Assembly: GCA_963674595.2 (NCBI GenBank)
Contig: CAXXFV010000029.1
Span: 160,001-224,000 of the forward strand
Source of the DNA: a bacterium
GTDB lineage: Bacteria; Zhuqueibacterota; Zhuqueibacteria; Residuimicrobiales; Krinioviventaceae
Length of the DNA: 64,000 nt
Reading direction: 5' to 3'
Position numbers and translations under genes: made by a program. Shown piece after piece: positions 40,371 to 51,009 of this stretch. The notes under the pieces were generated by a model, which ran no database searches, was not told the origin of the DNA, and worked only from the letters and a program-made list of their open reading frames with translations. Position 1 is the first letter of the stretch; each line of letters starts with the position of its first letter.

Positions 40371-41770
40371 TTGAAAAACACATCCTATAACATGAAATAT
40401 ATCTGGCAGATCAGTCTCGTCGCCGCTATGGGCGGTTTGCTGTTTGGTTACGACTGGGTTGTTATCGGCGGCGCCAAACCTTTTTACGAAAAATTCTTCA
40501 ACTTAACAACGCCCTTTCAAATCGGCTGGGCCATGAGCAGCGCCCTGGCCGGTTGTTTGCTCGGTGCGGTGACCGCCGGAGGCCTGAGTGACAAATTCGG
40601 ACGGAAAAAACTTTTAATCTCGGCAGGATTTCTGTTTCCCTGTCTGCCGTCGGAACGGCCCTGACACAGACTTATAATTTATTCATCATCTACCGGCTCA
40701 TCGGCGGAGTCGGAATCGGCATTGCCTCCACCCTCTCCCCCATGTATATTGCCGAAATTTCTCCGGCACAAATCAGGGGACGGTTTGTTTCCATTAATCA
40801 ACTGACGATTGTTATCGGTATTTTGGCGGCACAGATCATAAACTGGCTGATTGCCGACCCGGTCCCTGAAAACGCATCGGCGGCGTTCATCCTCAGTTCC
40901 TGGAACGGACAATTTGGCTGGCGCTGGATGTTTGGCGCTGAAACGGTTCCGGCAATGTTATTTTTTATACTCATGTTCTTTATCCCCGAAAGTCCGCGCT
41001 GGCTGGTCAAAAACGCCAAAAATGACAACGCGGCACACATCCTGACCAAAATAGGCGGGCCATCCTATGCCGACCATTCTCTGGCTGATATTAATGAAAC
41101 ACTGACCCGGGAAACTCATAAAGTCGATCTTAAAAACCTGTTCAAACCCGGCATGACAAAAATTCTGGGTATCGGTATCTTTTTGGCCGTGTTTCAGCAG
41201 TGGTGCGGTATCAATGTCATTTTCAATTACGCTGAAGAGATATTTTCACAGGCCGGTTACGGTGTCAGCGATATTCTGCTAAATATTGTCATTACCGGGG
41301 CCGTGAATTTGATTTTTACCTTTGTCGCAATTTTTACCGTGGACCGCTGGGGCCGACGCGCCCTGATGCTGACCGGTTCTGTGGGTTTGGCTGTAATTTA
41401 TCTGTTAATCGGATTTGGTTATTTTCTCGGCAGTCAGGGTATTCACATGCTGATACTGGTAGTAACGGCTATTGCCTGTTATGCCATGTCGCTGGCACCC
41501 ATTACCTGGGTGATTATTTCTGAAATTTTCCCGAACCGGATCAGGGGAGCGGCCATGTCCATCGCCGTTTCAGCCCTGTGGATTGCCTGTTTTATTTTAA
41601 CAAGCACGTTTCCCTTTTTAAATAAAACCCTTGGCGCTTCCGGCACTTTCTGGATATATGCGGTGATTTGTGTGATCGGATTTGTGTTTATCAAAACACA
41701 ATTACCGGAAACAAAAGGCAAAACACTGGAACAGATAGAACACGAATTGGTCAAACAGAATAATCAATAA
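40371..41770 (+). pseudogene. Sugar porter MFS transporter (XylE-like), frameshifted near 40637
   Basis: N-terminal ORF (GGLLFGYD, SDKFGRK) and C-terminal ORF (YIAEISP, PESPRWL, QQWCGIN, PETKG) are one base out of frame at ctgtttccctgtctgcc. Confidence 0.85.
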
Positions 41771-41916
41771 TACTCAAATAATTTCATGACAAAGGTGTCA
41801 TTTAAAAAGTAAATAATTATGTAATTTTTTACAAGAAATGATTATAATATACGCATCAACTTTTTAGTATTATTTTTGGAATCTCAAATACGCAAAACAA
41901 TACAAGAGAGAACACC

Positions 41917-43794
41917 ATGAAAAGCTTTATTAAATCTTTTACACTCGTACTTATTCTACTGACAAGCAGCATAGCACAAGAAAATAAAACCAACCTGCCG
42001 GACCATCCCAGAATCATGTGGCAGGCAGATCAGGAAGCGGTGATTAAACAAAAATTATCCCAAAACAAAACGCTGAATGGTTTGCATAATATAATCATGG
42101 AACAAGCCGACAATTTAATTGCCACAGATGAGGTCGAACGGATAAAAACCGGGCGTAGATTGCTGGCTGTTTCGCGGAAATGTTTAAAGCGTGTTATAAC
42201 ACTTTCCTATGCCTACAGAATGACGCAGGATGAAAAATATCTTAAAAAAGCAGAGGCAGAAATGCTGGCAGCGTCCGCTTTTTCAGATTGGAATCCATCC
42301 CATTTTCTGGATGTGGCGGAAATGACCATGGCCCTGGCTATTGGTTATGACTGGCTTTATAACAATCTCAGTGAACAATCTCGTAACACTATTAAAAAAG
42401 CTATTTTAAACAAGGGCCTGCTGCCGTCATTAAGCGGTAATGAAGAATATGTCTGGTGGCTGGATATTTCGCACAACTGGAACCAGGTCTGTAATGCCGG
42501 TATGGTTTATGGCGCTTTGGCGATTTATGAAGACGAACCGGAAACAGCAAACCGGATTATTGATCGGGCAAAACAAACAATAGGCCTGGCGCAGGAAGAG
42601 TATGAACCGGATGGCGCCTATCCGGAAGGGCCCACCTATTGGAGCTATGGCACGACATTCAACCTGATGCTGATCGATGCGTATTATTCTCTCTGGCCCG
42701 ATAAAAACGACCTGGTTATAGGAGACGGGTTCTTAAAAACAGGTGAATATGTTTTGCATGCTCACGGTCCGGTTGGAAGTTATAATTATTCAGACGGCGG
42801 GATCTATCACAATTTTTTACCAGCCATGTTCTGGTTTTCTGCCCGGACACATGATCCTGAGATTTTATGGAACCAAAAATTACCTATAGAAAAAATATTT
42901 AATGATGAGGGAAGTCAGGTATTAAGACAAAGTTTAAGATTTTTACCACTAGCTGTTTTGTGGGCTAGCCGGGTGGAAACGTTTCAATTTACACTGCCAA
43001 CATCAACATCATGGGTGGGACACGGTTCTAATCCGGTTGGTTTTCACCGGACATCCTGGGATGATGACGCATTATTTATCGGTATAAAAGGCGGCGCGCC
43101 GGTTAATAATCACGGTCACATGGATGTAGGTTCGTTTATTATGGACGCTCAGGGTGTGCGCTGGGTAAAGGACCTGGGCGCGCATGGTTATCACAAGCTG
43201 GAAGCTCAGGGCATTGACCTGTGGAATAAAGCACAAGACAGCCAACGCTGGCAAATTTTTCGTTACAACAATTCATCTCACTCAACGCTGGTCGTTAATG
43301 GAAAAGATCAAAAGGTTGAAGCAAAGGGTGATATAGTCAAACATTCCGGGGAAAATATGGATTTTAAATATACCATCGTCGACATGACGCCGGTTTACGA
43401 AGGTCAACTGGCCCGGGCAACTCGCGGTATTGCGCTTGTGGATTCGAAATATGTTATGGTCCGTGATGAAATTGCCAATGTGGATTCCTCAGGTCAGGTC
43501 AGATGGGCCATAACAACATTTGATAGTGTTGAAATAACAGATAATCGTACGGCGGTTATTCGCCGGGACGGCAAATCGATGACGGTACGGATCGTCCAGC
43601 CGGAAAACGCAAAAATAGAAACCTTTTCAACCGATCCGCAAAATGATTTTGAGGACAAAAATCCGGGCACCATTATGGTCGGATTTAAAACAGATTTGGC
43701 GCCCAATGAAAAAACAAATCTGATTGTTCAGCTCTGTCCGCAAGGGGCTGGTTTAAAAGATCAGGTTAGTTTGAAAAAACTGGCAGAATGGTAA
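41917..43794 (+). CDS. Heparinase II/III family protein (polysaccharide lyase-like)
   Basis: WNPSHFLDVAEM, HNWNQVC, DGAYPEGPTYWSYG and HGHMDVGSF. Confidence 0.88.
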   Translation: MKSFIKSFTLVLILLTSSIAQENKTNLPDHPRIMWQADQEAVIKQKLSQNKTLNGLHNIIMEQADNLIATDEVERIKTGRRLLAVSRKCLKRVITLSYAYRMTQDEKYLKKAEAEMLAASAFSDWNPSHFLDVAEMTMALAIGYDWLYNNLSEQSRNTIKKAILNKGLLPSLSGNEEYVWWLDISHNWNQVCNAGMVYGALAIYEDEPETANRIIDRAKQTIGLAQEEYEPDGAYPEGPTYWSYGTTFNLMLIDAYYSLWPDKNDLVIGDGFLKTGEYVLHAHGPVGSYNYSDGGIYHNFLPAMFWFSARTHDPEILWNQKLPIEKIFNDEGSQVLRQSLRFLPLAVLWASRVETFQFTLPTSTSWVGHGSNPVGFHRTSWDDDALFIGIKGGAPVNNHGHMDVGSFIMDAQGVRWVKDLGAHGYHKLEAQGIDLWNKAQDSQRWQIFRYNNSSHSTLVVNGKDQKVEAKGDIVKHSGENMDFKYTIVDMTPVYEGQLARATRGIALVDSKYVMVRDEIANVDSSGQVRWAITTFDSVEITDNRTAVIRRDGKSMTVRIVQPENAKIETFSTDPQNDFEDKNPGTIMVGFKTDLAPNEKTNLIVQLCPQGAGLKDQVSLKKLAEW

Positions 43795-43866
43795 AGCAGG
43801 ATTTTTTAACAATTTCTGTGTCACAATTATCAATAGTTCGGATAGAACCAGATACCAGGTAAAGAA

Positions 43867-45672
43867 ATGAAAAAAAATTTCAACATTAAAATAATTTTAT
43901 TTTCTCTGATCTTTTTGTTTTCATATTCTTTAAAGGCAAACGACATGATGAAACCTATATGCACCAGCAAAATCAACGTCGGCGGAGAAATCGGCCGACG
44001 CATCAATATAACCATCAATAATAATTTACTGGCCGCAGATATCGATAACGATTTCCTCAAACCCTTTCAGCAAAAAAAGGACGATGACGGCTATGTCGGT
44101 CTGGGTAAAACCATTGATGCGGCTGTTAGACTGGCGATTTATTCCGGCGATGATAACGTAATCAAACTCAAACAACATTTGGTTGACGAAACCATCAAAG
44201 CGCAGTTAAACGATGGTTATCCGGGCAAATTAAAATCAGATAACCGTATGTGGGTGTTTTGGGATATCCACGAAATGTCCTATATCATTTACGGACTGGT
44301 AAGTGACTATATCTTTTTCAATGAAAAAAAATCTTTGCAGGCCGCCCAAGAAGCAGCGGATTATATTATAAACCATTGGTCCGACATGCCAAAAAACTGG
44401 CCGGAAAATACACAAAGAATTATGCCGACAACCGGTATTGATCGTGCTTTTTTGGCCCTTTCAAAAGCTACCGGTAACAACCGTTATCAGGATTTTCTCA
44501 TCAATCAACTGGATTTAACGGATTGGGACCTGGACATTGTTGAAGGAAGAAGCAAAGGTTTTAAAGGTCATGCCTATGTATTCATGGCAGTTGCCCTGGC
44601 CCAGGCGGAATTGTATCGTGAACTGGCTGACGAAAAACTATTGTCCCAGGCAAATAAAGTGATTGATTTTATCACCAAACAGGACGGCTTGTTGATCAAC
44701 GGTGCGGTCGGTTATCAGGAATGCTGGCACAGCAGCCAGATCGGTTTTTTCAAACTGGGCGAGACCTGCGCCACGGCCTATCTCATTCGCACGCTGGACA
44801 ACCTGCTCAGGCTGAACGGGAACTCTCTATACGGCGATTTGATGGAACGAAGCATTTACAACGCGCTTTTTGCCGCCCAGTCACCGGACGGCGGTAAACT
44901 GCGTTATTATGTTCCTTTTGAAGGAGAACGCATATACTTTGATCTTGATACCTACTGCTGCCCCTGTAATTTCCGCCGGATTATTGCCGAACTGCCGGGC
45001 ATGGTTTATTATCAATCAGAAGGCGGTGTTGCGGTGAATTTGTATACGGAATCCCGGGCGGACTTTAATCTGGGCAATAATATTAACCTGAACATTAAAC
45101 AGGAAACCGATTATCCGAATTCGGGCGAATCAGTTTTTACGTTAACGCTGAACAAATCCGTACAATTTCCGTTAAAATTCCGTATTCCCCGCTGGTGTGA
45201 TCAGGGAGCCCAGTTGACAGTTAATAATGAACCTGTTTTGAAAAACATCACGTCCGGCTCGTTTTTTACGGTTGACAGAATTTGGAATTCCGGCGATATA
45301 ATTAAACTGGAACTGCCCATGACCTGGCGCATTGTCAACGGACGAAAAGCACAATCCGGCAAAGCAGCGGTTATGCGGGGTCCGGTTTTGTTTACGCTGA
45401 ACCCGGCGTTAAATAAAAACATAAGCCCTGAAAATATACGCCTGCTGCGTATCGATCCGGAATCGGTAACCGGACCGTTCAGCGATTCAACCCTGCGGCC
45501 AAATGGGATGGCCTGTCGTGTAAAAGCATGGGATCCGAACGAATATTCAAGCACACCGAACCTGGAACTTTTGCTGACCGAGTTCCCGGACCCGGACGGC
45601 CTTTCTTCTTACTTTATACTGCCCGACCCAAAGTCGAAGGTGCTTGTTGACGACGAGCTTTTAGTTAAATGA
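43867..45672 (+). CDS. GH127-like beta-L-arabinofuranosidase family protein
   Basis: GHAY, ETCAT, ERSIYN, YCCPCN, QETDYP, RIPRW and RGP. Confidence 0.85.
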   Translation: MKKNFNIKIILFSLIFLFSYSLKANDMMKPICTSKINVGGEIGRRINITINNNLLAADIDNDFLKPFQQKKDDDGYVGLGKTIDAAVRLAIYSGDDNVIKLKQHLVDETIKAQLNDGYPGKLKSDNRMWVFWDIHEMSYIIYGLVSDYIFFNEKKSLQAAQEAADYIINHWSDMPKNWPENTQRIMPTTGIDRAFLALSKATGNNRYQDFLINQLDLTDWDLDIVEGRSKGFKGHAYVFMAVALAQAELYRELADEKLLSQANKVIDFITKQDGLLINGAVGYQECWHSSQIGFFKLGETCATAYLIRTLDNLLRLNGNSLYGDLMERSIYNALFAAQSPDGGKLRYYVPFEGERIYFDLDTYCCPCNFRRIIAELPGMVYYQSEGGVAVNLYTESRADFNLGNNINLNIKQETDYPNSGESVFTLTLNKSVQFPLKFRIPRWCDQGAQLTVNNEPVLKNITSGSFFTVDRIWNSGDIIKLELPMTWRIVNGRKAQSGKAAVMRGPVLFTLNPALNKNISPENIRLLRIDPESVTGPFSDSTLRPNGMACRVKAWDPNEYSSTPNLELLLTEFPDPDGLSSYFILPDPKSKVLVDDELLVK

Positions 45673-45788
45673 TTAATTGGGGTGAGTTGAAAAAATATCC
45701 ATCAAACTGAAACACATTCAATAATCATCCGTAATAACAACAGACATTTCAAATCATAATCCACATATTCATTCGAAAAGGTCTGCTT

Positions 45789-48080
45789 ATGAAATCGAAA
45801 TTCGCTGTTATCACCCTCATGTCTACAACGTTCATCTCCCTGGAAATGACCTGGACCCGCATTCTTTCGGCCGAATTTTTCTACACCTTTGCCTTTCTGG
45901 TGCTGTCTCTGGCAATTCTCGGCCTGGGTATGGGCGCTCTGGCGCTGCGCCTGTTTCCGGTTTTAAATCGTGAAAAGAATATCGGTCCGCTGCTTTCTTT
46001 AACCGGACTCATGACCCTGGCCGGTCCGCCGATTGTGTTTAAACTGGGACTGGATTTTTCACAACTGTTAAACAGTCCGCTCATGATCGGCAAACTGGTC
46101 TTAACGATTCTCATCCTCAGTTCGGCGTTCTTTTTCGGCGGGATCGCCCTGGCTGTTATTTTCAGAAACAACCACAAAGAGATGCCCAATCTTTACATGG
46201 CAGACCTGCTTGGCGCCGGTTTGGGTGTGGCTGTTGCCATTGTTTTTATGAACGTTTTCAGCACACCGACGGCCTCGTTTCTTATTGCCCTGCCGGTGCT
46301 GCTGGCATCCCTGATCTGTTCGAAAAAATTTTTCAGGATGGTGCCGCTGTTGCTGATGCTTGCCTCGGTCCTGCTTTCGCCCTATGCTTTAAACCTGCTG
46401 GAAGCCCCGCAGCGTGAACGCGGTCCGCTTATTTACAAACACTGGGACGCTATGGGAAAAATTAAAATGTTCAGCTATCCCAATGACGAAGGCCGGGGAA
46501 TGGTTATCGATAACATTGCCAACACGCCGGTTTACAAATTTGACGGCGATTATACGGTTCCCGACAGCACACCCAAAGACCAGTGGGCGATTCCGGTCGG
46601 TGACCTGATTCGTCGATTCAAGTCCTGCACGTTCCTATCCCTTGGTGCAGGCGGCGGCGGGGATGTGTTACAAGCCCTGTGCGAAGGCGCCAAAGAGGTG
46701 CACGCTGTTGAAGTCAATCCCTGGATCAACAAAATGATGACCGTGGGCGATCCGGACGGTTATGTCAAAACCTATACCGATTCGCTTGACACTACGTTAG
46801 TGGATTTGCCCGACTATACCGGCGGCTTGTATAAAGATCCCAGGGTCACTGTCGTAAGCGAAGACGCCCGTGCCTATGTGCGTCGGTTTAAAAATAAATT
46901 TGATGTCATTTATTCACTCAGTTCCAATACATTCTCTGCGCTGGCATCCGGCTCTTTTGCCATGGCGGAAAACTATTTGTTCACCACCCAGGCGTTTCAG
47001 GATTACTGGACCGCGCTTTCAGACAGCGGTTTTATGATGATGGAACACCAGTTTTACATGCCCCGGCTCGTCAGCGAGGTAATACAGGCGTTGACAAACC
47101 TGGGTGTGGAAAATCCCAAAGCACATTTTGCGGTTTACAATCTGCCGCAAATGCGGCGTAACGCGTTGCTGCTGTCTAAAAAACCGTTGACACAGCACAT
47201 CCTGCAAACCGCGTTAATAGACCTGTCCCCGGAAAATTTCGCATCGATCCATCTTTTATATCCGGCGGCAGATTCGGTCAAAAACAATCTCATTCAGCGC
47301 ATTGTTGATAACGGCTGGCAAGCCCAGGCAGACAGCATGCGGTTTGATATTTCGCCCAACAACGACAACCGGCCCTTTGCCGCACAAATGGGCATGTGGA
47401 AAAACCTCAAACTCAAAGGTGTGGAAAAACTGCTGCCCTATGAATTTTATGGTTTTCCCCTGACCAAAATGATTATCGTTGTTATTATGATCGTGGTGTT
47501 TGTGCTGATCATTCCCCTCAACCTGTTACCCTATCTGCAAAAAGGGCCCAAACTCGGCGCCGCGCCCTGGCTGTACTTTTTTATCATCGGTATGGCCTTT
47601 ATGATGATCGAAGTGGTGTTGATCCAAAAATACACGCTGTTTGTCGGGCCGTCGGTGTACAGTATTGCCACGATTCTGCTCACCCTGCTGGTGAGTTCAG
47701 GCATCGGCAGCCGCTTTTCCAACCGGGTTCATGATCTTGTTCCATTTTACGGTATTGTTTCCTGGCTCATTCTCGATTTATTCGTTTTCACATACCTGAC
47801 CGCAAGTCTTGGCGGTCTCACACAGGTATCGAGAATTTTAATCACAGCCCTGCTTATTCTGCCACTGGGATTTTTTATGGGCATGCCCTTTCCAAAAGCA
47901 GCCCTGCGGGTCCGTGAACTGGTGGACTGGGGATTCGCTGTTAACGGTGCCGCGTCCGTGCTTGGTTCCACGCTGATTATGCTGGTCGTTTTTGCCTGGG
48001 GCTATTCAGCCGGACTGCTGCTGAGCGCCGGTTTGTACTTGCTGGCAATGCTGCTGCTGAACACGAAAAAAGGCTGGTAA
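45789..48080 (+). CDS. Membrane protein with spermidine synthase-like SAM-dependent domain
   Basis: LYMADLLGAG, LGAGGGGD, AVEVNP, EDARAYV, ENYLFT and MGMPFP, with TM regions at both ends. Confidence 0.8.
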   Translation: MKSKFAVITLMSTTFISLEMTWTRILSAEFFYTFAFLVLSLAILGLGMGALALRLFPVLNREKNIGPLLSLTGLMTLAGPPIVFKLGLDFSQLLNSPLMIGKLVLTILILSSAFFFGGIALAVIFRNNHKEMPNLYMADLLGAGLGVAVAIVFMNVFSTPTASFLIALPVLLASLICSKKFFRMVPLLLMLASVLLSPYALNLLEAPQRERGPLIYKHWDAMGKIKMFSYPNDEGRGMVIDNIANTPVYKFDGDYTVPDSTPKDQWAIPVGDLIRRFKSCTFLSLGAGGGGDVLQALCEGAKEVHAVEVNPWINKMMTVGDPDGYVKTYTDSLDTTLVDLPDYTGGLYKDPRVTVVSEDARAYVRRFKNKFDVIYSLSSNTFSALASGSFAMAENYLFTTQAFQDYWTALSDSGFMMMEHQFYMPRLVSEVIQALTNLGVENPKAHFAVYNLPQMRRNALLLSKKPLTQHILQTALIDLSPENFASIHLLYPAADSVKNNLIQRIVDNGWQAQADSMRFDISPNNDNRPFAAQMGMWKNLKLKGVEKLLPYEFYGFPLTKMIIVVIMIVVFVLIIPLNLLPYLQKGPKLGAAPWLYFFIIGMAFMMIEVVLIQKYTLFVGPSVYSIATILLTLLVSSGIGSRFSNRVHDLVPFYGIVSWLILDLFVFTYLTASLGGLTQVSRILITALLILPLGFFMGMPFPKAALRVRELVDWGFAVNGAASVLGSTLIMLVVFAWGYSAGLLLSAGLYLLAMLLLNTKKGW

Positions 48081-48109
48081 CGGTTTTTAAAAGAATATAA
48101 AAATTCATT

Positions 48110-48141
48110 AAACCACGGACCTGTTTGTCCGTGGTTTTTTT
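48110..48141 (+). terminator. Intrinsic terminator
   Basis: AAACCACGGAC-CTGTTT-GTCCGTGGTTT followed by a T-tract. Confidence 0.75.
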
Positions 48142-48256
48142 ATATAAAATTATTGAAATCGGTTCATTTATATCAAAAAGAATTTCAGGAATTCCCTGAA
48201 TTTTTGTATATTGGCTAAAGTATTAATCAGAAATTACCTCCAAAAGGAGATTTTAT

Positions 48257-49480
48257 ATGGACTTGAAATTTGGTGAAAATGTAAAACAACAGGCAGCAGA
48301 ATTACAGGCCCAGGGAAGAGACGCCAATCAAATCGCCAAAATACTGTTTGATCGTGATGATCAGGGCAGCAATTACGGCATCGGCATTATACTTGATAAT
48401 GAAGGCAAACCGGCAAAAAGCTCATCGGTCCTGAAAAAATATCTGCAACAGGAGCTGGACAACTGTACGGCCGGCACCTATATGAATTCCGCAAAAATAA
48501 TGGACCAGCTTAAAGAAGCGGTTTTACGCTGGCAGCGGGTTCCTGAAAAATACTGGTCATCTTTTTCTTTGGCGATACCGTCTGATGCCGGGACCGGCGC
48601 GGTAAAATCATCCGTGGAAATGGCATTGATGATGGACACGCAAAAAAACAGCATCGGTGTGGAAGAACTGGGCTGGCCCGCTTACAAGGCCATTGCCAAA
48701 CTGGCGCGAATCGGTATTAAAGAATTTCCCCAGGACAGTGTGATGGAAGGCGATAACCTTCAGCCGCTTTACCAGGCAGGTCCCATGAATACCACCGGTC
48801 AAGTCCGTAACGCCGCTGTTATTCAGGCGCGTGCCGAAGCGGCCGCCAAAACCGGAACACCCGTCATTCTGGACCGTGCCTATTCCGGATTCGAGTTTGC
48901 CCGTCTCATCGAAACAAACTCTTATGACGACATTATGGCAAAAAGTTTTGAACTGCAAATTAAACCCTTTCTTGATGCCGGCATCAGGACAACACTTGCC
49001 CTGAGTCCCACAAAGGCGTTTGTCACCTTTGCTTTTCGCCCCTGTGGATTTTTGCTGGTATATAATCCCGACCCGGCTGAAAACAAAAACGTAACCCTGG
49101 CTATGAACGCCACCATTCGCGCACGGGGTTCTTCTTTTGAACACCCGGTTACCCGGGCCTTTGCTAAAGCCATGGTCAACGACCTGGCCGGTCTGGAAAA
49201 CGAACACCTGTCCGCCCTGAAGAGGCTGGCAGAATCTGAAAAATTGTGGAGCAAACTTGTAAAAGGCACAGCCATAGAAGCCCTGTTCTCCGAAAAATAT
49301 GCCGGACTGTTTAGAAATCCGCTGGCCAAAGACGATGCCCCGGAAAACATTTACGGGTCACATCTTTACCCGGTTTTCTCACAGGGCCGCTGCCGCCTCA
49401 ACGCCACGGGTCTGCCCTCCAATGAAGAACTGGCACAGCAGCACGTTCAGGTCTTTGCCAAATTTTGTATGGAAAAATAA
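48257..49480 (+). CDS. Divergent PLP-dependent fold-type I enzyme (aminotransferase-like)
   Basis: NYGIG, GTGA, GWPAY, NTTG, ILDRAYSGF, SPTK and late R.N; RBS AAGGAG. Confidence 0.7.
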   Translation: MDLKFGENVKQQAAELQAQGRDANQIAKILFDRDDQGSNYGIGIILDNEGKPAKSSSVLKKYLQQELDNCTAGTYMNSAKIMDQLKEAVLRWQRVPEKYWSSFSLAIPSDAGTGAVKSSVEMALMMDTQKNSIGVEELGWPAYKAIAKLARIGIKEFPQDSVMEGDNLQPLYQAGPMNTTGQVRNAAVIQARAEAAAKTGTPVILDRAYSGFEFARLIETNSYDDIMAKSFELQIKPFLDAGIRTTLALSPTKAFVTFAFRPCGFLLVYNPDPAENKNVTLAMNATIRARGSSFEHPVTRAFAKAMVNDLAGLENEHLSALKRLAESEKLWSKLVKGTAIEALFSEKYAGLFRNPLAKDDAPENIYGSHLYPVFSQGRCRLNATGLPSNEELAQQHVQVFAKFCMEK

Positions 49481-49508
49481 TACAGGAATAAATTTGTTTT
49501 AAAATTAC

Positions 49509-49543
49509 CAGCCCTGATCGGTTTAACCGGTCAGGGCTGTTTT
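49509..49543 (+). terminator. Intrinsic terminator
   Basis: CAGCCCTGATCGGTT-T-AACCGGTCAGGGCTG followed by TTTT. Confidence 0.75.
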
Positions 49544-49716
49544 GTCTTAAGGACCGTTTCAGTGATTGAATAATTTTAATTTGGCAACAACCTCCTCCCT
49601 CTTTTCCCCACTATCCTTCAACTGTTTGTATTCTTAAATAAAATTGATTCTGTTAAACATATCACACAAATATTTTACAGGTTTTGTATTTTTCAGGATA
49701 AAAATACGGAGCGAAT

Positions 49717-50871
49717 ATGAAAAATCTCTCACATATATTACTGCTGCTGGTGACGGTTACGACCGCCTCTTTTGCACAATCAGCTTTTGGTACATGGATA
49801 AACAGGCAATACAATCTGAGTATGACACTCAATCAGGATGGAACATTTGTGCTTGTCGGTCCTAATGGACAAATAAACGGTCTGTGGGGCGCACAGGGGC
49901 AGTTGTTTCAAATGCAGGACGCCATGGGCCAGATATCTCAATATACCATAACACATTTCAGCCAAAACGCACTGCATTTTGTCGATGTCAACGGTGCGGC
50001 TTTTCAATATGAACGACAGACGCCGCAAACACAGGAACCGGTCACCTTACTGGCGGAAGCGCAGGGCCTGCAATTGACCAGCGCACATGTAAAAACCGCT
50101 GTGGGTATTGTCCAGTTTGTCATCGGGCAGCAGATCAAACCCGGCGAAGTTGACGAATTAACCCAATCATCCATACCCGAGTTTAAAACAGATCCGCAGG
50201 AATTCACCCGGCAGATCCAGGGCCTGCAGCAGTCATTAAATACCATGCAGTCATTGCAGGACCCCTTACAAATCGGCACACTGCGGCAAATGCTCATTGC
50301 CGAATTTCATAAGGCCACCTTACCCATGGCTGAAACGGATAAACCTTTGCTGATTCGTATTATAAACCGTTACGTAAAAGTCATGGCCTATGATGCAACC
50401 AACAATCTCGCCCTGACCGATGCGGACATATCAGCAATGATCGATTATGTCCAGTTTTCCAATCAGCTTTCCGGCATGCAATACACTTTTACAGAGGCTG
50501 AACGCGAGCAATATTCTCAGCAATTAATCAATGATTTTGCGGCCGCACCATTACAGCAAAAACAATTTTTATGTTCCGCAAGTCTGGCGTGGACCCTTGT
50601 CAAAGCAAACTGGGACAATATGAACAGCATGCAGCGAAACCAGGTACAGCAAAATTATGCCGGAACACTGAACACACAAAACCAGCAAACCAGCAGCGGC
50701 AATGTTACCCAATATGACATTGACAAATTACGCCGGGAAAACATGGCCCAACAAAATATGTTTAACATGATGAACAACATGTCTTTGCAAAACCATGCAA
50801 CAATGCTGAACACCATAGAAAATTTCGGAGGCACCGGTAATTATTGGGAAGTAACAAACAGTCTTTATTAA
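49717..50871 (+). CDS. Hypothetical secreted Gln-rich protein
   Basis: Signal peptide ending ASFA-Q; Q/N/M-rich C-terminus. Confidence 0.75.
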   Translation: MKNLSHILLLLVTVTTASFAQSAFGTWINRQYNLSMTLNQDGTFVLVGPNGQINGLWGAQGQLFQMQDAMGQISQYTITHFSQNALHFVDVNGAAFQYERQTPQTQEPVTLLAEAQGLQLTSAHVKTAVGIVQFVIGQQIKPGEVDELTQSSIPEFKTDPQEFTRQIQGLQQSLNTMQSLQDPLQIGTLRQMLIAEFHKATLPMAETDKPLLIRIINRYVKVMAYDATNNLALTDADISAMIDYVQFSNQLSGMQYTFTEAEREQYSQQLINDFAAAPLQQKQFLCSASLAWTLVKANWDNMNSMQRNQVQQNYAGTLNTQNQQTSSGNVTQYDIDKLRRENMAQQNMFNMMNNMSLQNHATMLNTIENFGGTGNYWEVTNSLY

Positions 50872-51009
50872 TAAAAAAATCAACGCAAAAAAACACACAT
50901 TACGAATGCTCAAACGGTCCTCCCCTCTTTATATTGCTGTTGCTTTTAGTGGAAATAGATAGTAACTTGTGCCCAACACACGATTTTTCGGTTTAGGAGA
51001 TAAAATATA

